From a virus (lineage: Duplodnaviria > Caudoviricetes), in the IMG/VR virus record IMGVR_UViG_3300037484_000435, positions 160,001 to 224,000 of that record: a stretch of 64,000 nt of DNA; one strand, given 5' to 3'. Of this stretch, positions 56,967 to 64,000 are shown one piece after another. Every line of letters begins with the position of its first letter. The stretch's first letter is position 1. The position numbers and the translations under genes were made by a program. Under the pieces are notes generated by a model that was not told where the DNA came from, did not search any database, and saw only the letters and a list, made by a program, of their open reading frames with translations.

Positions 56967-58203
56967 CTTCGTCTGCTCCTATAATCTCTACGTCTAGGTC
57001 TTCAACCTCTACTATCGGTACTCTACCGATTAACTGCATAGCCTTTACATCATTCCATAACTTCTGAAGTACTTCTGGGTTAGAGTCGATGTAATCCGTA
57101 GCTTGTTCCATTCCACGACAATGGTAATCATAAATTGTATAATTTCCACCGCCGCCCTGCTTAATTACACTTAAGGATGTTCCCATCTTTAAAAGCTCAC
57201 CAGCAGTAAGGAATCTCTTACCAAACTCTAGGAAAACTTCAAACTGTTTGAAGAATGTATCCCCGGAGTGGTTTCGGAATATTGTACCGCGAGACCACTG
57301 GCCCTTGTACTTTGACTCCTCTTGCACAAACTTACCACTAGCATCTTTTGCCCCTTTCTTATATCCTGACTGAAAGTTATCAAAGAATATAGAGACCGAG
57401 ACACCATGCTTCAAAGCGTAGCCACCACCTTTGTTGTACTGGTTCATACCAAACGAGAACTGTCCTGCTTTTAAGTTAGCCCTAACTTGATTAATAAGTA
57501 ACATTGGGACACCTGTCCGTGCAGCGGCCCCCGTCAACTTAGGAAGCCAATCAGCAATAAACCCAGCTTGAACTCCGTAATGACTAGTCTGGTCATCCTT
57601 CTTAAGTTTTTCCCAAGGTTGCAGAGCACTTATACTATCTAGCATAATCAGGGAAGTCCCCGCACTCTCCGCAAAAGAAAACATGAGACCAAAGGCATCT
57701 TCACCACTACTTGGTTCTACAAAGAAAGTATGGTCAGGATGAAAACCGCCTCGCCACTGATTCAAGAGTCTCCTATCGAATTTGTGTTCAGCATCAATAA
57801 ACACTATTCCTGCTGGTACACTAAGGTCCCCTTCTGCCCTTTTCTTCAATGCTTGCTGCTGGCGATGCCACGCGATTTCTAATCCTAAGCTAGTTTTACC
57901 ACTGCTAGGTGGACCCCATAATTCAATCATTCGTCCTTCGGGTAATCCCTCTCCACCAAGGGCGGTATCTAACCCCAAACAACCACTACTGAACCTACCC
58001 TGTTCTAACTTATCTTGCTCATACAGCCAAGCCATAAAACTATTTTTGAACTTACCACCGATCGCCGCCGACGTCATTTCAAATGCTAATTTGGCATCTA
58101 TAACTGCAAGCTCCCCCTCAGCTTTAGTTTTGGACTTTTTTTCTTTAGTTTCTTTTTTATCCTTCTTAACTTCTTTAACTTCATCCGTTTTCTTTTTTGC
58201 CAT
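56956..58203 (-). CDS. recA: RecA-family recombinase (divergent, phage type)
   Basis: SSG..GLD.ALG..GLP.GR.IELWGPPSSGKTS, FIDAEH, LDSISAL, INQVR, GG.ALK. Confidence 0.93.
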   Translation of the reverse strand: MAKKKTDEVKEVKKDKKETKEKKSKTKAEGELAVIDAKLAFEMTSAAIGGKFKNSFMAWLYEQDKLEQGRFSSGCLGLDTALGGEGLPEGRMIELWGPPSSGKTSLGLEIAWHRQQQALKKRAEGDLSVPAGIVFIDAEHKFDRRLLNQWRGGFHPDHTFFVEPSSGEDAFGLMFSFAESAGTSLIMLDSISALQPWEKLKKDDQTSHYGVQAGFIADWLPKLTGAAARTGVPMLLINQVRANLKAGQFSFGMNQYNKGGGYALKHGVSVSIFFDNFQSGYKKGAKDASGKFVQEESKYKGQWSRGTIFRNHSGDTFFKQFEVFLEFGKRFLTAGELLKMGTSLSVIKQGGGGNYTIYDYHCRGMEQATDYIDSNPEVLQKLWNDVKAMQLIGRVPIVEVEDLDVEIIGADEDAE

Positions 58204-58885
58204 TACTATCTCCCAGTTTTATTTTTCTCCGTTTCTTTCGGCGTAAATTAAATTCTTGTGCCTCTAGCATTTTTCGTCTACTCTCAGCCAACATGGCTAA
58301 ATAGTCTTGTTGGTCTTCGTAAATCAATAATTGTTCTACTTGATATCCTATTCTCTTATCTTGCTCTACATGCACATTATTCAAGAGCGATAATACAAAA
58401 GGTTTATTTGTTGTGATACTTAGAATACCCATACTATCTATATCTAATTTCCACTCGCCCTTTTTTTCAATAAGCATATCAATCGCTACAAATAACTCCT
58501 CAATAGCATTCCGTATAGTTACATTACTCCCCATCCGCCATTTAATAAAGTTGTTTACAATACTGCAATCTACTCTCCTAAACTTAGGGTCCTTCAATTT
58601 ATCTGAATCAAAGGATTTGGACCCAGATCGACGCAACTTCTCATAAAAATATAGGGCAATATCATCCGCGTTTATTATTTTATTGGGGTCCACCTTAACC
58701 AGAGAGTCTCTGATATGTTCTATCTTATAACCAGACATCTCTAACTTACGGAGAATCTCAGCCTCTTCCACATCAATATTATCCTCTACCCGAAAAGTTC
58801 CGTACCCGTGAGCATGAAGAAAATCAATACACCACTGTAGTTGATCGTCCTCACTAATGATAGACTTGTTTTGTTTCTTCGCCAT
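58181..58885 (-). CDS. Hypothetical protein
   Basis: ORF track; within the replication module. Confidence 0.55.
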   Translation of the reverse strand: MAKKQNKSIISEDDQLQWCIDFLHAHGYGTFRVEDNIDVEEAEILRKLEMSGYKIEHIRDSLVKVDPNKIINADDIALYFYEKLRRSGSKSFDSDKLKDPKFRRVDCSIVNNFIKWRMGSNVTIRNAIEELFVAIDMLIEKKGEWKLDIDSMGILSITTNKPFVLSLLNNVHVEQDKRIGYQVEQLLIYEDQQDYLAMLAESRRKMLEAQEFNLRRKKRRKIKLGDSNGKKENG

Positions 58886-58898
58886 TCACACCTCCAGT

Positions 58899-60083
58899 TT
58901 AATCTTCATCCACCAATGCAATCGCAATTTTGATTCGTAAGTTATCATCCAAATTATCTACTACAATAGGCCTCTTGTCAGAGGGGATTGTTATCTGTAT
59001 AACATCCGAACCTAAGATACTCAACGAAGAATCTAAAAGGACCGCGTTTATAACTAAATCCTGTGGTTGCCTCGGCCCCTGCAATAATGGGATACCTTCG
59101 TTTTTAAAACTTATATGGCTACCTTGACCGTGATTATAGATATTAAAGGTTGACGCAGTAAAATTAATCTTAATCCTATAAGGGTCTTCATCTATTGCTT
59201 TTCTCACATTAGCCACGTTATCCACCAACAATTTGGTGTTAAACTTAACCACCGTCCCAGTAATATCAAACACAGAAGAGTATGGTGGAAAATAAGCTGA
59301 GATAATTGCAGATAATACAGACGTATGCAAACCGGCATTATCAATAACAAACTTTACTTGATGCCCGTCTGACCACATCTCCAAATCATCGCCATCCGAA
59401 ATCAAGCTCTGCATCACCATACAAGTTACTTTTGGTAGAATGATATCAAAGTCAACCGCGTCTATATCTCCTGGATAGGAAATCTCTATAATTCGATAAC
59501 CATCAGATACCACAAAAAGAAGTTTCTTATTTTTACACCGCACCAGTACGCCCGATAAGCCAGCTATACTTGATGTGTAGTTAGCGATTATTTTTCCCAA
59601 AGCACGAAAAACATCTGCTAAGTAAAGTGCAGGTAACTCTACTTTAACAGCGTTCACACCTTGTGGAATAAAATCATCTCGGGCGGATAATACAGCGTTC
59701 ACTAGAGTAAAGGACCTATTCTGAGACACACTGGCCCCTATGTTTGTATAATCAGACACCGTAGATACCGAAAGGGTTCCTCGGTCTGCCTTTAACTCTA
59801 AGTCTTTGGATTGTAAATTTGGATTATTTGTGTGAGGCAATTTAGAAATTAATTGGAAAAAATCTGTTCCATTTACACTTATTATTCCTGGTTCCTTTAT
59901 CGTGGCGAATATCTCTGACGATGCTGTTATGGTAGCATTATCACTCACGATTAACCTCAACTTATTATTCTTTGCCTCAATAGTGTAAATGGTAAAAGAA
60001 AAGCCTGTGGTCACCAGACTCTTCATTGGCTTCAGTTTAGACATAAGTCTAATAAAATCCGCCGTTGGTACCGTTAGATGCAT
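58899..60083 (-). CDS. dnaN: DNA polymerase III beta-type sliding clamp (divergent)
   Basis: Start refined to MHLTV (GAGG RBS); EPG.I.V....F..LI.KLP, LSGVL, V.SDG.R, IILPK, FPPY..V, IN...L..L pattern; about 394 aa. Confidence 0.82.
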   Translation of the reverse strand: MHLTVPTADFIRLMSKLKPMKSLVTTGFSFTIYTIEAKNNKLRLIVSDNATITASSEIFATIKEPGIISVNGTDFFQLISKLPHTNNPNLQSKDLELKADRGTLSVSTVSDYTNIGASVSQNRSFTLVNAVLSARDDFIPQGVNAVKVELPALYLADVFRALGKIIANYTSSIAGLSGVLVRCKNKKLLFVVSDGYRIIEISYPGDIDAVDFDIILPKVTCMVMQSLISDGDDLEMWSDGHQVKFVIDNAGLHTSVLSAIISAYFPPYSSVFDITGTVVKFNTKLLVDNVANVRKAIDEDPYRIKINFTASTFNIYNHGQGSHISFKNEGIPLLQGPRQPQDLVINAVLLDSSLSILGSDVIQITIPSDKRPIVVDNLDDNLRIKIAIALVDED

Positions 60084-60098
60084 ATTTTTTACCTCTAC

Positions 60099-60126
60099 TT
60101 GATAACTAGTACACAAATTTATCTCT
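60099..60126 (-). promoter_or_regulatory. Conserved promoter-like motif, copy 4 (upstream of dnaN)
   Basis: Minus strand AGAGATAAATTTGTGTACTAGT-TATCAA, directly before the RBS. Confidence 0.7.
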
Positions 60127-60242
60127 ACAAATTTTATTGGAAAGCTTCTCGGAGTACGTTATAGATTAACCTCGAACCTTTCAAACAAAAAATCCTCGTG
60201 GACTGTACCTTATTAGCTAGGTTTTCTTGTTTCGCGTTTAGT

Positions 60243-60269
60243 ACTAATATAGTACACAAATTCATCTCT
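60243..60269 (-). promoter_or_regulatory. Conserved promoter-like motif, copy 5
   Basis: Minus strand AGAGATGAATTTGTGTACTA-TATTAGT; about 143 bp upstream of copy 4. Confidence 0.6.
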
Positions 60270-60290
60270 AAAAAATAAAGTTAATAAGTA

Positions 60291-62267
60291 TTAGGAAACA
60301 CAGTTAATTTCGACACTGAGGTCATGTAAATGGGCTGGCTCAATAAATACAGCTAAATTATAAAATCGATCCGTACCCCAAATATCCATAAAAACATTTA
60401 AATCCCTATAACCACCGGTCGCTTTAATATATACTTCCAATTTGGATTGGCCTTTATACGTAAATGCACTTATAAGAGCTTTAAAAGCAGCATCAATGGT
60501 TTGGTAATTTTCCATATCACTAATTTCATAAAGAGAGACATAATCAATTTGTCCACTATATTCGGCATGAGGTAAATAACCGCGAGCCATTGCTGACCAA
60601 CGTTCATAATCTTCTTTCTTGTAGGCTCGTTGCTCATTTGATACCCAGTAATAATCATGAACTTGCTCACCAAAGACAACCTCTATAATTCTAACAACCT
60701 CAGGAGGGTCCTCCGCCCAAAGCTCAATCTCTTTGACTTGAAAGACCGCAGGCCACACAGGCTCTTCCCACGATTGAGTTCTTTGTACGATAGGCTGGGA
60801 TGTGGGCATTTTTGGTACATCTGGTCTAAAAGCAAATAAATCAATTGTCAAGTCGTGATAAGGGTCCTGTTTATATGCAACCAAGTCTATCGTCAAATTC
60901 AGATTACCGCTAAATATTCTAATCCGCGGCCACGAAAAACGAAGTTGCATCACTTCTGTTACGATATCATCAAATTGATTATTATAAACTACTGGTAACT
61001 GGTCCACTATTTTTGCTTCCATATCCCAAGTTGTCTGCGGAAGATAAAATTCTAGACCATAACTATTAAGATAGGAAGTAAAGTTTGAACGATTGAGATA
61101 CGTACCTAGATTGGACACACCACTCCCGTCTATTACTTTGAACAACACTTCCAAAGCCAAGAAAAAAGCAGGTTTAAAAGTTACTGAAAAATTGCTATAA
61201 GAAGAACCAAAACCACAAGGCCAGCCTTGGTTTATCGACACATACAAATCATGTATCTCAACAGTTAATACAGGAATAATAGTAGTCATAACCCGCGAAG
61301 CTGGTTTTAAAGTTACAAACAAGTCTCGGTAACTAGATGTTCCGGGCAAATTTATAGTGAAGTCATGTTTCCCTCCCATAGTAAAGGTAGCACTAAAGTC
61401 CGAGAAGTAAACTCCCCACACATATACAGGCAAAGTATAAAGCCCGAGCCAAATATCAAAATCGACTAAGAGATGTGACGTACGAAAAGTTCGATGAGTC
61501 ACTATTAAATCATACCCATCTTCTGGGGCGGCCACAAAATCAACAGCCAAATCCTGAGGTGCAGAAGCACTAATAGCAGCGTCCAAGTCAGAATATCTCC
61601 ACCCATATATATTGGCAATTAAATCAAAGGGAGCGTGACCTCCTATAGGTACCGAAAGAGTTCGGATACCCCAACCCCAGAAGTTAACATACAAGTCTTC
61701 AAACCCGCTATGCACTGGATTAGCAAAAACATAGAGATCGGTTATACCATGCTGAAATATCCGCATAAAGACTGTAAAATCTTTTGGAGAATGTACTTTG
61801 ACTTGAGTGTACAGATCGTGTTTTTTCATTATGTTAAACGGAACTTCTAAATCATATGGTGGGTGAATACCTAACTCGGCGTACAAATAAGACTGGTGCA
61901 CTGACCAGAATTCAACCAGAAGTTGGTGATAAGGAATCGGAGACAAAACTACATCGAGGTCACTAGGTTGATGCCCAGCTATATCAGTATATAAATTATA
62001 AGGCATAATAGTCCGCAGACTAACTTCTAAATCGTATGGCTGCGAAACACCTATTTTTACTTCTAAATCCTTAAACCATTTCCAGATACCAAAATTTACA
62101 TAAAGGTCAACTGGAATCGGCAGTGGATGCAGTGTAACCTCCAAATCCTGAGGCCTATGCGCAGAAATATACGTCTGCATTTCTACAGTATTTTTTAGAA
62201 GTATGCCATCAATTTCTATCCCATCAGGGGTCGCAACAATTATCATCCTACACCAGTGACCTCCCAT
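60291..62267 (-). CDS. Probable virion protein with about 25 tandem ~12-aa DLxV repeats
   Basis: Periodic QP.DL.V.L/F units over roughly residues 38-325; beta-rich. Confidence 0.55.
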   Translation of the reverse strand: MGGHWCRMIIVATPDGIEIDGILLKNTVEMQTYISAHRPQDLEVTLHPLPIPVDLYVNFGIWKWFKDLEVKIGVSQPYDLEVSLRTIMPYNLYTDIAGHQPSDLDVVLSPIPYHQLLVEFWSVHQSYLYAELGIHPPYDLEVPFNIMKKHDLYTQVKVHSPKDFTVFMRIFQHGITDLYVFANPVHSGFEDLYVNFWGWGIRTLSVPIGGHAPFDLIANIYGWRYSDLDAAISASAPQDLAVDFVAAPEDGYDLIVTHRTFRTSHLLVDFDIWLGLYTLPVYVWGVYFSDFSATFTMGGKHDFTINLPGTSSYRDLFVTLKPASRVMTTIIPVLTVEIHDLYVSINQGWPCGFGSSYSNFSVTFKPAFFLALEVLFKVIDGSGVSNLGTYLNRSNFTSYLNSYGLEFYLPQTTWDMEAKIVDQLPVVYNNQFDDIVTEVMQLRFSWPRIRIFSGNLNLTIDLVAYKQDPYHDLTIDLFAFRPDVPKMPTSQPIVQRTQSWEEPVWPAVFQVKEIELWAEDPPEVVRIIEVVFGEQVHDYYWVSNEQRAYKKEDYERWSAMARGYLPHAEYSGQIDYVSLYEISDMENYQTIDAAFKALISAFTYKGQSKLEVYIKATGGYRDLNVFMDIWGTDRFYNLAVFIEPAHLHDLSVEINCVS

Positions 62268-64000
62268 TTAACCATTAGGTAGGCTGTGTCTCTCTTATGT
62301 AATTTTTTTATTTCTTTTTGTGGACGTTTATTTCGCATATACACTGTGCAACAATCACTGTTAGGCACACTCGTATACAATAAAGGTAGATTACCTGCAA
62401 GAAAACTTTTCCAATCCACTCCGTCTTTGGAAAGTTCAATTAAATTTTCGGGAATCAATGAGGTACTATCCACATCTACAAATGGATTACTAACAGCATG
62501 TTTATAAACCCTTACTTTAGAAAAGCCAGCATACGCCGCCAAGGGGTCCATATCGTCCTTACTTAAAATAACTGTTCCCTTCCCTAGCGTAACTTTTACA
62601 TCATCTGTAGTAAAATACTTACCTAAACCCTCAAATCTACCACTACAAGTCTTTATACCATTTATCCACAAAGCAACGGCCTCAGTTTCCATCAAACCTG
62701 GGATGGACGGAGGGGACCAACTCAACACAACATGAAAGGGCCCTAGATTATCTAGTGTAGGGAGTATACGCTCTGCCTCCTTCAAGGAAGGCATACTAAC
62801 ATAAACTAAATTATCTTCAGGACTAAAACAGAATAGAGACCAGCCCCAACGCAAATCCAAAGCCACACAAATTCCAGCATTAGCGTTTGAAACAGTGGCT
62901 ACATTATAAAGATACTTACGCGGATCCCCATCGACCAAATTTACTGCGGCCTTGGATGGCAGATAATCAAACTCCAAAGTACCGGTGTTGGTCAAATCTA
63001 AATCAGGGATATACAAAGCTTCCTCAATACCAAGGAACATGAAGTCATCTACAAATCTTTGTCGTTTATTAGAAAGATTCTTAAAATAAATATCACATCC
63101 AGCACTACCAGAAACGGTCATTTCTATGTAACCCATAGTCAAATAAGGAAGAGGCATATAAGGGGCCTCAAGGGCCGAATAGAACTCGATATCGTGCTGG
63201 GTATAGGAAGGTTCATCCGGAGACCTATCTCCACGTATGACCATCTGAGAGTCCTTATACGTCCACTGGTGAGTTGTCCACGATTGAGACAAAGTACCGG
63301 TTACCGTAAATAAATAATAACAGTCTGGGTCTCGCCCCACTTTTACCGAGATGGAATTAATATTTTCAGGGTGGGACAGTTTCAAATCGATAGAAAACAA
63401 ATCCTCCCACGTCCATTGTTGGTCAGAAGCTAGTCTCCAAAATGGAGACCCGTCACCATTAAAATAACAAGACCCCTCAATGTTCAAACCTGGATAACTA
63501 TAAATCATAGTGTAGGATGGGTCCCACTCTGTATTATCCACCCACTGCGTTAAACCAAAATTAGTGCTCCACCAATTAATATTGTCTGTTATATATGTGG
63601 GTCGGTCAAAATGGCTTAATTCCACCGGACCCATAAACCATATACCCGTAGCTGTAGGAGTAATAGCTTTGTAATCTTGACTTTCTAACAATAACCATCG
63701 TGCCCGCCCACTAGTAAAGAGAGGGCAGGCTTGGTTAACATTTCCGGCATCAGTGGCCCAACCATCACACTCACCAGCAAAATAATAATTAGGTATCTCC
63801 CCCTCTCCATAAATCATACGAGGTTTACCGTGTGTGTAATCTGCTGTACACTCATTGTTTTTGCTACTATAAATACATCGCCTAAAAAACCCAGCCTCAT
63901 CGTATGATGAGGATTCCCAGTTTACTTTTAGAAAATAAGGTGTATCTGTATCACCAAAACGGCCCTTAGCTAAATTGGTAGCTAGCGGACATCTCCCTAA
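62243..64000 (-). CDS. Probable virion/tail protein with carbohydrate-binding or LamG-like beta domains; 5' end outside the window
   Basis: Hand translation shows the 62243..63817 frame stays open to base 64000; H.V..W...L.ING motif typical of LamG/ConA folds. Confidence 0.5.
   Translation of the reverse strand, partial: LGRCPLATNLAKGRFGDTDTPYFLKVNWESSSYDEAGFFRRCIYSSKNNECTADYTHGKPRMIYGEGEIPNYYFAGECDGWATDAGNVNQACPLFTSGRARWLLLESQDYKAITPTATGIWFMGPVELSHFDRPTYITDNINWWSTNFGLTQWVDNTEWDPSYTMIYSYPGLNIEGSCYFNGDGSPFWRLASDQQWTWEDLFSIDLKLSHPENINSISVKVGRDPDCYYLFTVTGTLSQSWTTHQWTYKDSQMVIRGDRSPDEPSYTQHDIEFYSALEAPYMPLPYLTMGYIEMTVSGSAGCDIYFKNLSNKRQRFVDDFMFLGIEEALYIPDLDLTNTGTLEFDYLPSKAAVNLVDGDPRKYLYNVATVSNANAGICVALDLRWGWSLFCFSPEDNLVYVSMPSLKEAERILPTLDNLGPFHVVLSWSPPSIPGLMETEAVALWINGIKTCSGRFEGLGKYFTTDDVKVTLGKGTVILSKDDMDPLAAYAGFSKVRVYKHAVSNPFVDVDSTSLIPENLIELSKDGVDWKSFLAGNLPLLYTSVPNSDCCTVYMRNKRPQKEIKKLHKRDTAYLMVKWEVTGVG

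Noticed and set aside
20544-60269. The five-copy motif as CRISPR repeats or insertion-element ends
   Set aside because: Copies are kilobases apart, all co-oriented with transcription, and mostly sit just upstream of RBSs with a -10-like hexamer, which fits promoters better.
2112-63313. All plus-strand ORFs in the track and the short nested minus-strand ORFs
   Set aside because: They lie antisense to or inside well-supported minus-strand genes, and none shows recognisable motifs; treated as shadow ORFs.
1-64000. Stop-codon reassignment, suggested by the release-factor-like gene
   Set aside because: Conserved proteins are full length under code 11, and TAA, TAG and TGA all end genes at expected positions.
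1-64000. CRISPR array, tRNA/rRNA genes, diversity-generating retroelement or retron
   Set aside because: No regularly spaced repeats, no intergenic room or cloverleaf seen, no reverse transcriptase and no template/variable repeat pair noticed. A tRNAscan or repeat-finder run would be definitive.
63814-64000. A separate partial gene at the right edge
   Set aside because: Recounting the frame shows it is continuous with the 62243..63817 ORF, so it is one gene truncated by the window.
1-64000. Bacterial chromosomal capsule/LPS locus
   Set aside because: No transport or polymerase genes (Wzx, Wzy, Kps, ABC) and no housekeeping context; many tiny ORFans, divergent RecA and clamp, terminase-like and virion-like genes, and uniform strand point to a large phage. 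Not provable from this window alone.

Overview
The window looks like part of a very large (jumbo/huge) dsDNA bacteriophage genome. It is AT-rich and densely coding, essentially every credible gene is on the minus strand with strong AGGAGG-type RBSs and overlapping stop/start codons, and the standard genetic code gives full-length ORFs. In transcription order (right to left) it holds: two probable virion proteins; a replication/recombination module (beta-clamp, RecA, small nuclease, DnaB, DnaG, an SSB whose Gln-rich linker is at the N-terminus, DnaJ, RuvC); a roughly 50 kb glycan-biosynthesis region; and a UvrD helicase cut by the window edge. The glycan region has about 11 glycosyltransferase genes, 6 SAM methyltransferases, a sulfotransferase plus APS kinase, and a Campylobacter-capsule-like modified GDP-heptose pathway (GmhA, HddA, HddC, Cj1427-like C4 dehydrogenase, Fcl-like enzyme). 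It is interspersed with 9 free-standing LAGLIDADG and 4 HNH-type endonuclease genes. Two non-coding patterns were read directly from the DNA. (1) All six LAGLIDADG genes that have their own leader carry a hairpin over the RBS or start codon, immediately preceded by a YTRAYTW motif. (2) A roughly 25-bp promoter-like motif with an invariant 12-bp core occurs five times, once inside dnaG. No tRNA, rRNA, CRISPR array or reverse transcriptase was recognised. All family assignments come from motif recognition by eye; no database searches were run.
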